NCBI GenBank assembly: GCA_963718615.1
Contig: OY970368.1
Location: 5,344,001 to 5,408,000 of the forward strand
Length of the DNA stretch: 64,000 nucleotides
DNA from: an uncultured cyanobacterium
Lineage (GTDB): Bacteria > Cyanobacteriota > Cyanobacteriia > PCC-9006 > JAAUQQ01
Direction: 5' to 3'
In this document: piece by piece, positions 1-9,183 of the stretch
How positions within the stretch are numbered: the stretch's first letter is position 1
Layout of the letters: each line of letters starts with the position of its first letter
Made by a program: the position numbers and the translations under genes
Notes under the pieces: model-generated
What the model was told of the DNA's origin: nothing
What the model saw: only the letters and a program-made list of their open reading frames with translations
Databases searched by the model: none

Positions 1-302
1 CCGCCAGGAAATGTCGAGCAGCCGCCAATGCTATTGTCGTCTAACACCGCAAGTGGAATTCTACAATGGCAATGGATTCAGAGACGGATGAAAAGGTACA
101 GCTTTTTAACCCGAGGCGGGATGAGTGGCGGAAGCATTTTGTTTGGTCAGCGGATAAGCTGCAAATTTTGGGGCTAACGGCGATCGGGCGAGCGACGGTG
201 GAGGCGTTGCAGTTTAATCGGGAGCGGATTTTGAGTGTTCGGGCGGCGGATGTGGAGGTGGGACGGCATCCGCCGGAGGGTGATCCTGTGCTGGAAGAAT
301 GA
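1..302 (+). pseudogene. HNH endonuclease-like gene remnant (C-terminal half intact)
   Basis: ORF 66-302 has the LFNPRRDEWRKHFVW...GLTAIGRATVEALQFN tail typical of small cyanobacterial HNH nucleases. The same frame has a TAA at 42-44 and no intact HNH core is visible; the window edge limits certainty. Confidence 0.55.
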
Positions 303-408
303 TTGTTTGGGTGAGGCGATTGGCTTCGCCAAGCTCCGAAGGATCGCCCCCAACCCCGCGATACAATTGAGTGAAGGCGCGATATCTCCCTCCTAAGCAC
401 AACTCCCC

Positions 409-637
409 ATGCAAGTCACTATCGATATCCCTGAATCCCTGGCAGAACGGCTCAAGCCACACGCCGCGAGGCTCCCGGAAAGCCTGGAGTGGGGTTTGTT
501 GGAGGTGCAGTCAGAGAAAGAAGCAGCGGGATTTGTCGCAAGATGAGCAAACGAAGCTGGAACGCTGTTTTTGGCTGGAGCATTGGGTCAGATTGGCGAA
601 GGGGAATGCCTATCGGCAGCTTAAGTTGGCAGCATGA
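409..637 (+). pseudogene. Frameshifted small antitoxin-like protein of the type that precedes HNH genes
   Basis: ATG 409 gives MQVTIDIPESLAERLKPHAARLPESLEWGL..., and a different frame gives ...LSQDEQTKLERCFWLEHWVRLAKGNA. Both pieces resemble the ends of the recalled HNH-partner family; the middle appears deleted. Confidence 0.45.
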
Positions 638-720
638 GCTATGTTGCTGGTACACGAATTTTGCGGTTCGATTTGCCGGAACGGGTGGAAGAGAGATTGC
701 TTTGGGCAATGCTTGAATAA
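634..720 (+). pseudogene. Possible collapsed HNH gene remnant (28 codons)
   Basis: ATGA overlap with the upstream stop. MSYVAGTRILRFDLPERVEERLLWAMLE resembles an HNH start (MSYV) fused to an HNH end (RILRF..PERVEER). Confidence 0.3.
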
Positions 721-900
721 GCAGTTTCACCGGGGGAAATTTTGAGCGGTTGGGTGGCGGATGCTGAGGTTGGGCAGCATCCACTGGGGAGTGATCCTGT
801 GTAAGAATAGGCAACTATGACGGCGTAGATGAGTGATGAAAATTTAGTGAATGCCAGCAGATTATGAATTTTAAGCGACTGGCATCCACTAAGATAAAGA

Positions 901-2481
901 CTATTTCCGTAAGCGAATAAAGCGATTTACTTCGCTTTTGTGATATTTGACTATATGGTGAAGAGTCCCATCACCAACAGTTTTACCATCACCATCTTGA
1001 TCGCCATCTTTGTCTGTACGCCAGTTAGACTCTGAAATCCAAATATAATCACCTTCCACTTTTTCGACAATTGCTACATGTCCAAATTCTCCAGTAGTCC
1101 ATTGGGCAATATCTCCAGCTTGGGGTTGTGTAGCGATTGAAGCACCGTTATGGAACGCGCCCCACTGTTTGGCATTAGCCTGGCCCAATGAGGCAACAGC
1201 ATCTTCTGGGCGATACCCTAGTTCTTTGAGACGACCATACACGTACCAAGTACAGTTTCCTTCCATTCCCGAACTATTTTCACCTAGAAGACTTGACCCA
1301 AGCCCGCTTTCGGCAAAAGGATTTCCTTCTTTCCCATAAAACTGCCTACGGGATTGAAAGTAACTTGCATTCTGTCGTGTTAACAATGGCGAAAAGCTTC
1401 CTCCTGTCAAAGTGGAAGAAGACTGAAAAATGCTACCATTTGCGTTGATCACCCATGCTCCCCCATTAGCAGTTGCGGCAACGTTTACAGCGGCACCTCC
1501 AACCTCCTCCCATCCGAAGCCAGTCCATTTGTGAATACTATTTCCTCCGCTACCTCGCGAATTCATACCAATCACCCATACTGAGCCATCCGCACCTATA
1601 TCAATATCTTTTGCAAGACCGGGCTGAGGTATCCACTGATTAGCTTGCCGTTGATAAATAACTCCATTAGCATTAACAACCCAGGGTGTACCATCAGGTT
1701 GAACTGCAATCTTTACAGCGGCACCTCCAACTTCCTCCCATCCGAAGCCAGTCCATTTGTGAATACTATTTCCTCCGCTACCTCGCGAATTCATACCAAT
1801 CACCCATACTGAGCCATCCGCACCTGTATCAATATCTTTTGCAGCACCAATTTTGTGAGACCAACTAATACTATTCATCTCAATATCTAATGTTTTTCCA
1901 TTCAGAAAAATGGAGGATTGATCATCTTGGTTTTGCAGATTAACCAGGACTGAAGCATCGATAAAATTATCTTGAACAATCCGCGAGAAAATATCCCCCT
2001 CATCCCCCGCCGCATCGATCGCATTCACCCGCGCATCAACCCCATGCCCAAACTCCTCAATCAAAACCCCCGTAATCGCATCAAAATCCCCCGACGCCAA
2101 AAACTGCCGCGACAGATAAACCGTATCCGTCGCCTGAGCATAGGCCCCCAACGCCCCACCCAAAATGCTGTCATCCAACACCTCCACCCGAGGCAACACC
2201 CCAGTCCCCATCACCAACGAATCAAAAAACTGACCCGCCGCAACCCCATCGAATCCCTCCCCAAACGCCACCCCCATCTGCGCCGCAAAAGCCTCCCGCT
2301 GCCCAAACCGCACCATCGCCTCATAGGCCTGCTGCACCCCCTGGTGCAATACCGCGTCCACACTGCTCTGATCCATCGGTTCAGCCTGAGCCAGCTCAGG
2401 AGAAACCTGCGACACCGGCAAACCCACCACCGGCTGAGAAGACACCAAGAACTCTGAGTTACTGCTTGAAGAGAAAGTCAT
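901..2481 (-). CDS. Modular extracellular-type protein: cyanobacterial N-terminal domain (LIEEFGH), tectonin beta-propeller repeats, C-terminal CHAP cysteine amidase domain
   Basis: Tectonin-like repeats AKDIDxGADGSVWVIG and IAVQPDGTPWVVN; CHAP motifs GNCTWYVYGR, GHVAIVEKV and ISESNW. Confidence 0.75.
   Translation of the reverse strand: MTFSSSSNSEFLVSSQPVVGLPVSQVSPELAQAEPMDQSSVDAVLHQGVQQAYEAMVRFGQREAFAAQMGVAFGEGFDGVAAGQFFDSLVMGTGVLPRVEVLDDSILGGALGAYAQATDTVYLSRQFLASGDFDAITGVLIEEFGHGVDARVNAIDAAGDEGDIFSRIVQDNFIDASVLVNLQNQDDQSSIFLNGKTLDIEMNSISWSHKIGAAKDIDTGADGSVWVIGMNSRGSGGNSIHKWTGFGWEEVGGAAVKIAVQPDGTPWVVNANGVIYQRQANQWIPQPGLAKDIDIGADGSVWVIGMNSRGSGGNSIHKWTGFGWEEVGGAAVNVAATANGGAWVINANGSIFQSSSTLTGGSFSPLLTRQNASYFQSRRQFYGKEGNPFAESGLGSSLLGENSSGMEGNCTWYVYGRLKELGYRPEDAVASLGQANAKQWGAFHNGASIATQPQAGDIAQWTTGEFGHVAIVEKVEGDYIWISESNWRTDKDGDQDGDGKTVGDGTLHHIVKYHKSEVNRFIRLRK
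1484..1843. repeat. Intragenic direct repeat, ~132 bp x2 (1484-1615 and 1712-1843), period 228 bp
   Basis: Near-identical copies encoding AKDIDxGADGSVWVIGMNSRGSGGNSIHKWTGFGWEEVGGAAV. Confidence 0.9.
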
Positions 2482-2795
2482 AATGCTTGTGAAAACGATA
2501 GGTCCGCGCCCTGAGCGCTGTTCCTTGTGATAGCGCGTCTAGTCCCAATAAGAGAATGAGAAAAGATGCATTTGGCCAAAACTTGATAGCAGCATGTGCA
2601 GGAGCTGAGCTTTCTTTTTGAAAAGACAGAATTCCGTAATTGCCCCTGCGCCAAATTGCCAACAACAACCCAACAGTTAAATTCTTCCCCCCTGTCCTAT
2701 TCCTCCCCAGTTTCCTAACCTTGTTTTCGGTCTGTTATTCTCTAAAAAGAAACAAGGGTGCTTAGAACTGCAAACCGCAAAAGTCCAGGACCTCT

Positions 2796-3230
2796 ATGAG
2801 CAAAACATCCCTAGAAGACTTTCAGGCTTGGACCCATCAAACCGCCCAACTGTTGCGAGAGCATCGGTGGCATGAGATCGATTTACCAAAACTCATTGAA
2901 GAGGTCGAAGACTTGGGCAAAAGCGAACGTCGGAGCATTGCCAGCCAGCTCACTCGTCTTCTTCTCCATTTGCTCAAGTGGCAATATCAACCTCAACGGC
3001 GATCAGATAGCTGGCTCGACTCCATGACCGACGCTAGAACTCAAATTGCATTAACCCTTGAAGATAGCCCCAGCCTGAAAAGCTATCCCGCCGAGACCCT
3101 CGCCGCTAGTTACCAGCGTGCCCGTCGTCAGGCGAGCCAGCAAACTGGGATAGAGTGCTCGGTTTTTAAAGAGTCCTGCCCCTATTCCCTGGACCACATC
3201 TTGTCCGAGACCTGGCTACCGGAAAGTTAG
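2796..3230 (+). CDS. DUF29 family protein
   Basis: DFQAW...QLLR...IDL..LIEEVEDLGKSERR...LLLHLLKWQYQP..RS.SW...PSLK signature. Confidence 0.9.
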   Translation: MSKTSLEDFQAWTHQTAQLLREHRWHEIDLPKLIEEVEDLGKSERRSIASQLTRLLLHLLKWQYQPQRRSDSWLDSMTDARTQIALTLEDSPSLKSYPAETLAASYQRARRQASQQTGIECSVFKESCPYSLDHILSETWLPES

Positions 3231-3362
3231 ATGACTTTGGGATAAAGTGTTATTTTCGCCACGCTCCCGACTCGCTTCCTTATCAAAGTGCTCAACGTGC
3301 GTGATGCGGTTTGGCGATGACCTTATTGCTCCAACGCAAACAGCTTCTAGGGTTGAGAAAAT

Positions 3363-4580
3363 ATGAGCGATCGCCCCACCCTCATCATCGGCGCAGGCCC
3401 CACCGGCGCAGCCCTCACCCTTCTCCTCGCCCGTGCAGGTTTACCCGTCATTCTCATCGAAGCCGCCTCCCACTTCCAGCGCATTTTTCGGGGACAAGCC
3501 CTCATGCCCAGCGGTCTAGAGGCCCTAGCCCAGCTCGGCCTCCGGGAAACCATTGAGACAATGCCTCACCAAACCCTAGACGCCTGGGAATTTTGGATCG
3601 AAGGAAAACGCCTGTTTCGCGTTGAGGAACCCCTCGAAGCCGACGGTCTCCCCTGTACCCTTGTGTCTCAACCGGCCCTGCTCACCGCCCTGGTGGCTGA
3701 AGCGCGAACCTATCTAAATTGCCAGGTGTTGCAGGGAACGGCTGTCCAAGATTTGTTGCGGGAGGGCGATCGGGTAATTGGGGTAAAGCTCGCCAATGGC
3801 GAAAGCCTGGGGGCCAAATTGGTGATCGCGGCGGATGGGCGGAATTCGACAATGCGGCAGCGGGCTGGGTTGGTCTTACAACCTAATGGGGCTGGACGAA
3901 CGGCAGTTCGTCCCTACGGTGTGAATGTGCTTTGGTTTAAGCTCAAGGACGTGCCGCCCGTTCGGGATGAAAACGTCTTCCATGCCATTCTTAAGGGCCG
4001 CCATAGCTTTGGGTTCTTTCAGAGCGCAGAAGGGGAACCGCAGATCGGTTGGGCGATCCATCCTGACGATGAGCTGGATTGGAAAAATCTAGACTGGCCC
4101 GAACAGTTGGCGAAGCATTCACCAGATTGGCTAGCGCCCTATTTTCGTAAACATGCTGCCCAGCTTGAAACCCCCACGTTGTTTTCCGTGACCGTGGGTC
4201 TCGCACCGCAATGGTGGATGCCAGGGCTACTATTACTCGGCGATGCAGCTCATCCCATGTCGCCCATTCGCGCCCAGGGCATTAATATGGCGCTGCGGGA
4301 TGCCATTGTTGCCGCGAAGCATTTGGAGCCTTTGCTGCAAGAAGATGTGGAGACCACTCGGCTTGATGCAGCTTTGGCGCAGATTCAGGCAGAACGGGAA
4401 CCGGAGATTCGGCGATCGCAACATCTCCAAGCCCAAGAACTCGCCCAAGCCGCTAAGCTGCGCAACTTCCCCCTGCTGCGCTGGGGAGCCAGCACCTTTG
4501 CGCCACTCGTGGGTCCGGGTGTGCGGTGGTCTTGGCTGCAACGACAGCAGCAATTAAGACAAGGGATACAATCCCTTTAG
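3363..4580 (+). CDS. FAD-dependent monooxygenase/oxidoreductase (UbiH-like)
   Basis: IIGAGPTG, IAADGRNS and LLGDAAHPMSPIRAQGINMALRDA motifs. Confidence 0.85.
   Translation: MSDRPTLIIGAGPTGAALTLLLARAGLPVILIEAASHFQRIFRGQALMPSGLEALAQLGLRETIETMPHQTLDAWEFWIEGKRLFRVEEPLEADGLPCTLVSQPALLTALVAEARTYLNCQVLQGTAVQDLLREGDRVIGVKLANGESLGAKLVIAADGRNSTMRQRAGLVLQPNGAGRTAVRPYGVNVLWFKLKDVPPVRDENVFHAILKGRHSFGFFQSAEGEPQIGWAIHPDDELDWKNLDWPEQLAKHSPDWLAPYFRKHAAQLETPTLFSVTVGLAPQWWMPGLLLLGDAAHPMSPIRAQGINMALRDAIVAAKHLEPLLQEDVETTRLDAALAQIQAEREPEIRRSQHLQAQELAQAAKLRNFPLLRWGASTFAPLVGPGVRWSWLQRQQQLRQGIQSL
3893..3917. repeat. REP-like palindrome inside the coding sequence
   Basis: GGACGAAC-GGCA-GTTCGTCC followed by CTAC; translates as GRTAVRPY. 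Confidence 0.6.
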
Positions 4581-4591
4581 CCCTGCAAGCT

Positions 4592-5725
4592 TTAATCCTT
4601 CAAATCGCTCTCCAAAACAAACTGAATATAGGGTGCATACAGCTCTGGCTCTAACAAAAAGGAATCGTGACCTTTATTGGAATGCACCGTAATATATTTC
4701 ACATCCACGCCATCCGCTTCTAGAGCCTTGACGATCGCCATCTGCTCCTCTGGATAAAAACACACATCCGAATCGATCGTAAATACCAAATACTGCTGTC
4801 CCTTGCATTGCTCAAAAATTCCCGGTGCATCGCCAATGTGGTAGCGCTGCCACATATCCATAATGCGCAAATAACTATTGGCATCAAACCGTTCCGCAAA
4901 CTTTTTGCCTTGGTACAGCATGTAGGATTCAATCGAATGGGAAAGGGGATAAAAATCACCGATTCGTTCTTGAATCTCGATATCTTGCCTCGCCCTTGCC
5001 TCTAGGACCTGGAGCGAAACAAAGGTTTTGTGGGCGATCATTCGGCCTAGAGCCAAACCCTGCTTAGGTAAATCTGCTTCGTAATAATTGCCATTCTTAA
5101 AATTGCGGTCATTGCGAATTGCGACGATCTGTTCTAAATTCAAAATTCGCTGCAAGACAGTGGTTTCAAATCCGGTGGCGATCGCAATTACATGCCTGAC
5201 CCGATCCGGGCAACGGGTCGCCAGCAGCAATGCCATCATTCCCCCCAGCGAACCGCCCACTACCGCATGGAGCCGATCAATCTTCAACGCATCCAGTAAA
5301 TACAGTTGGCTACGCACTACATCCCAGGCACTAATCTGTGGAAAGCCGCTGCCGTAAGGTTTTTCGGTCTTGGGATCGAGCGATCGCGGTCCCGTAGATC
5401 CATAGCAACTGCCCAGATAATTCGCACAAATAACGCAATACTTTTCGGTGTCTAAGGCCCGACGCGGACCAATAAAATCATCCCACCAGCCCTGCACACA
5501 TTCATCAGTCCACAGCGACCCTACTTTAGGTATAGCAGAGTTAATACCTGCGGCATGGTGGCTACCGGTTAAAGCATGAAATAGCAGAATAGCATTGCTG
5601 GCATCTGCATTCAGATTGCCGTAGGTTTCGTAGGCAATTTCAACGCCCTCTAGAACATCTCCGGAGTCTAGCAGAAAGGGAGTTTGTAGCTTCAAAAACT
5701 GCGTTTTAACCGGACCAATACTCAT
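4592..5725 (-). CDS. metX: Homoserine O-acetyltransferase
   Basis: HALTGSHHAAG, GGSLGGM nucleophile elbow, RFDANSY, KGHDSFL; downstream of metY. Confidence 0.9.
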   Translation of the reverse strand: MSIGPVKTQFLKLQTPFLLDSGDVLEGVEIAYETYGNLNADASNAILLFHALTGSHHAAGINSAIPKVGSLWTDECVQGWWDDFIGPRRALDTEKYCVICANYLGSCYGSTGPRSLDPKTEKPYGSGFPQISAWDVVRSQLYLLDALKIDRLHAVVGGSLGGMMALLLATRCPDRVRHVIAIATGFETTVLQRILNLEQIVAIRNDRNFKNGNYYEADLPKQGLALGRMIAHKTFVSLQVLEARARQDIEIQERIGDFYPLSHSIESYMLYQGKKFAERFDANSYLRIMDMWQRYHIGDAPGIFEQCKGQQYLVFTIDSDVCFYPEEQMAIVKALEADGVDVKYITVHSNKGHDSFLLEPELYAPYIQFVLESDLKD

Positions 5726-5807
5726 AGACCCTGAACATTAAAATTTGCGAGTTCCTTGCGATTATTGCGATTGCGGAAGTCTTAACCATCCAGCTCATCC
5801 AGAATCC

Positions 5808-5891
5808 GTAGGTTGGGTTGAGCCAACGAAACCCAACAAGTCAAAGCCGTCGCCTTGCCTGTTGGGTTTTACAGGGTTTAACCCAACCTAC
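5808..5891. repeat. GTAG-type REP/REPIN-like nested inverted repeat between metY and metX
   Basis: GTAGGTTGGGTTGA(5808-5821)...TTAACCCAACCTAC(5878-5891), with inner arms AAACCCAACA / TGTTGGGTTT. Confidence 0.75.
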
Positions 5892-5908
5892 ACTAGCTCA
5901 TTCAAGCG

Positions 5909-7210
5909 TTATGCAGTGGCTTTGTCGAGGGCTTGTTTGAGATCACCGATGATGTCATCAATGTGCTCAATGCCGATCGCCAACCGCACCATTTCGGGGG
6001 GAATTCCGACTTCGATTTGATCCGAAGCCGAGAGCTGGGAATGGGTTGTACTGGCCGGGTGAATGGCCAAACTCTTGGCATCGCCAACGTTGGCGAGGTG
6101 GGAGAACATCTCCAGGTTTTCGATGAACTTCTTGCCCGCTTCTGGCCCACCGGAAATTCCAAACACCACCATTGCGCCAAAGCCCTTTTTAAGGTATTTC
6201 TTCGCTGTTTTGTGGGCTTTATCACCTTTCAAACCGGGGTAGCGGACCCATTCCACGGAGCCATGCTGCGATAGAAACTTGGCCACTTCCATGGCGTTCT
6301 CGCAGTGGCGCTGCATGCGTAGATGCAGCGTTTCGATCCCTTGAATAAACATCCAGGCATTATCGGGCGAAATACAGGCCCCCAGATTTCGTAGGGGTAC
6401 CAAGCGCATCCGCAGGGCGTAGGCAATGGGAGCGAGATCACCGAGATCCAGCGCATAGCGCAGGCCGTGGTAGCTGGCATCGGGTTCAGTCATCAGGGGA
6501 AACTTGCCCGAGGTCCAGTCAAATTTGCCAGAATCCACCACGATCCCGCCGATCCCCGTCCCGTGACCGCCCAGCCACTTGGTGAGGGAGTGAATCACGA
6601 TGTCCGCACCATGCTCTAGGGGGCGCAGCAGGTAGGGTGTGGTGAAGGTGCTATCGACAATCAGGGGAATGCCGTTTTCGTGGGCGATCGCCCCAATGAC
6701 CTCTAGGTCCGAAACCTCCAGCCCCGGATTGCTCACCGTCTCACAGTAGAGCAACTTGGTTTTGTCGTTGATCGCGGCGCGAAAATTCTCCGGGTCGCGG
6801 GGATCCACCCAACGCACCGTAATGCCAAACTGGGGCAGGATGTCCTTAAACATCGTGTAGGTGCCGCCGTAGAGGTTGTTGGCGGAAACAAACTCATCCC
6901 CGGCCTGACAAATATTAATAATGCTATAGAAAATTGCGCTGGTTCCCGAAGCCAAGGCTAGGGCGGCTGCACCGCCCTCCATGGCTGCGATCCGCTGCTC
7001 TAGGACATCCTGGGTCGGGTTCATCAGCCGGGTGTAAATATTACCCAGCTCCTTGAGCGCAAACAAATTGGCCGCATGTTCGGTATCGCGAAAGGTGTAG
7101 GAACTGGTGCGATAGACCGGCAGCGCGCGCGCAAAGGTCGTGGGATCCACCGTTTGACCGGCGTGTAGGCATTGTGTTTCGAGATTTTGGCTGGCGTTCA
7201 TGTCACCCAT
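5909..7210 (-). CDS. metY: O-acetylhomoserine aminocarboxypropyltransferase (sulfhydrylase)
   Basis: [14 protein letters not shown] lysine in [31 protein letters not shown]. Confidence 0.92.
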   Translation of the reverse strand: MGDMNASQNLETQCLHAGQTVDPTTFARALPVYRTSSYTFRDTEHAANLFALKELGNIYTRLMNPTQDVLEQRIAAMEGGAAALALASGTSAIFYSIINICQAGDEFVSANNLYGGTYTMFKDILPQFGITVRWVDPRDPENFRAAINDKTKLLYCETVSNPGLEVSDLEVIGAIAHENGIPLIVDSTFTTPYLLRPLEHGADIVIHSLTKWLGGHGTGIGGIVVDSGKFDWTSGKFPLMTEPDASYHGLRYALDLGDLAPIAYALRMRLVPLRNLGACISPDNAWMFIQGIETLHLRMQRHCENAMEVAKFLSQHGSVEWVRYPGLKGDKAHKTAKKYLKKGFGAMVVFGISGGPEAGKKFIENLEMFSHLANVGDAKSLAIHPASTTHSQLSASDQIEVGIPPEMVRLAIGIEHIDDIIGDLKQALDKATA

Positions 7211-7453
7211 CCTATGGTTGGGATACGTCGTCTTCGCTCTATTATCCCAGTGGTCGGACGCTATGTTTCAATTCCACTGCCCTGTACCCCCCAAGGGGCA
7301 GGATTCACTATCTTGTTGTTGAAAGTATAGACGTACAAATTCCTCGAAAGCATTCGATCCCTGTACTGGTATTTCGTTAAGTTTTAGCAGCTTGTCCTGG
7401 TTCGAGCCGTTTTCTCGTAGTCTGTAATCCAGGGAGCTTCTGGTGTGGCGGGT

Positions 7454-9151
7454 ATGGGCCTAATGAATAGAATTCATTTTCGCCATTGGCGCGGGGATCT
7501 TTTTGGGGGAGTTACCGCTGCCATTGTGGCTTTACCCCTGGCTTTGGCCTTTGGGGTGGTGTCGGGGGCAGGGGCGATCGCAGGACTCTACGGTGCCATC
7601 ATCGTCGGTTTTTTTGCTGCATTGTTTGGGGGCACTCCTGCTCAAGTTTCTGGACCAACAGGCCCCATGACCGTAGTGACGACGACTGTGATTGCGACCC
7701 TCGTGGCCCGATACCCCGAGACGGGCCTCGCCATGGCGTTTACAGTGGTCATGATAGGGGGGCTCCTACAAATTTTATTTGGCGTAATGCGTCTGGGCCA
7801 ATACATTACCCTGTTGCCTTACACCGTGATTTCAGGCTTTATGTCTGGTATTGGGGTGATCATTATTATTTTGCAACTCCCCCCCCTACTGGGGTATGAC
7901 GCTCCGGGGGGGGTGATGGCAACCCTCCAGCAATTGCCCCACTATATCAGTCAGGCCAATGGGGTCGCAGTGGGCCTAGGGCTGCTCACGCTCTTGCTGG
8001 TGTTTGCGGTTCCGCCCAAATTCAATCGCATTCTGCCTGCGCCGCTGGTTGCCTTGGTGGTGGTCACGCTCATTTCGGTTGTGGCGTTCAACGATGTTGG
8101 ACTCGCTCGGATTGGCGATATTCCACGGGGGTTTCCCTCCCTGCGGATGCCGACCTTTTCGGTGCGCGAACTGGACGATATGCTTCGGTATGGTTTGATG
8201 TTGGGGGTATTGGGGGCGATTGATTCGTTGCTCACCTCGTTAGTTGCGGATAGCATTTCGCAGACTCAGCATGACTCAGACCGGGAATTGATTGGCCAGG
8301 GGATTGGCAACCTATTTTCTGGGCTTTTGGGGGGATTGCCAGGGGCTGGGGCAACCATGCGAACGGTCGTCAATGTCCAAGCGGGTGGAAAAACGCCCTT
8401 GTCTGGGATTATCCATGCGTTCACTCTCCTGTTGGTGTTGCTGTGGGCGGGTCCGTTAACAGCGCAAATTCCCAAGGCTGTCTTGGCTGGACTGCTTTTA
8501 AAGGTCGGTATTGACATTCTGGATTGGGGGTTTATTAAACGGGCACCCCGACTGTCTTTGAAAGGAACAGGACTGATGTATCTGGTTCTGTTTTTAACAG
8601 TTTTTGTGGATTTAATTACGGCGGTTTTGGTGGGTGCATTTATCGCCAATGTCCTCACGATCAAACGCCTCAGTGATGTCCAAAGCGATAATATTAGAGC
8701 CATTACCAAGGCGACAGACAGCAAGAACCTGAGCTTGGAGGAGCAGCAATTGCTTGACCAAGCCGCAGGCAATATTTTGCTGTTACAACTCGGTGGACCC
8801 ATGAGCTTTGGTGCGGCGAAAAGTATTTCGCGGCGCATGGCCATGGTGAGAACCTATCAAGCCCTGATCTTAGACTTGAGTGAAGTGCCAAGTTTGGGGG
8901 TGACCGCCGCTTTAGCGATTGAGTCCATTGTGCGGGATGCGATCGCCAATCACCGCTATGTCTGGACGATCGCCCCCTCGGATCAGGTACAAAAACGCCT
9001 GAAAAGCCTAGAACTGGAACGCTATATTCCATCCTCTTGGACTTTAGCTCCTGCTTCTGGAACATTGAGTTTTCCGCTACAGGATGCTACGGATCGTCTG
9101 GCCGCATTGCAGGCTGCGTTAGCGCTGATTGAGGCACAGTCTTCTTCTTGA
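7454..9151 (+). CDS. SulP/SLC26 family anion transporter with STAS domain (BicA-like)
   Basis: GDLFGGVTAAIVALPLALAFG, SGPTGPMTVV, LPGAGATMRT and a C-terminal STAS domain (GPMSFG, LILDLSEVP). Confidence 0.9.
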   Translation: MGLMNRIHFRHWRGDLFGGVTAAIVALPLALAFGVVSGAGAIAGLYGAIIVGFFAALFGGTPAQVSGPTGPMTVVTTTVIATLVARYPETGLAMAFTVVMIGGLLQILFGVMRLGQYITLLPYTVISGFMSGIGVIIIILQLPPLLGYDAPGGVMATLQQLPHYISQANGVAVGLGLLTLLLVFAVPPKFNRILPAPLVALVVVTLISVVAFNDVGLARIGDIPRGFPSLRMPTFSVRELDDMLRYGLMLGVLGAIDSLLTSLVADSISQTQHDSDRELIGQGIGNLFSGLLGGLPGAGATMRTVVNVQAGGKTPLSGIIHAFTLLLVLLWAGPLTAQIPKAVLAGLLLKVGIDILDWGFIKRAPRLSLKGTGLMYLVLFLTVFVDLITAVLVGAFIANVLTIKRLSDVQSDNIRAITKATDSKNLSLEEQQLLDQAAGNILLLQLGGPMSFGAAKSISRRMAMVRTYQALILDLSEVPSLGVTAALAIESIVRDAIANHRYVWTIAPSDQVQKRLKSLELERYIPSSWTLAPASGTLSFPLQDATDRLAALQAALALIEAQSSS

Positions 9152-9183
9152 TAGGTCTCGCTCCAGTCTCAATTTTTTGTCTT

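Noticed and set aside
1972-2457. 161-aa Arg/Pro/His-rich + strand ORF and many similar shadow ORFs
   Set aside because: Antisense to well-supported genes, with composition explained by reverse codon bias.
7211-7440. Canonical SAM-I riboswitch upstream of metY
   Set aside because: The conserved ATC..GAG / GCAACC / GTGC core was not found by eye; kept only as an unclassified structure candidate.
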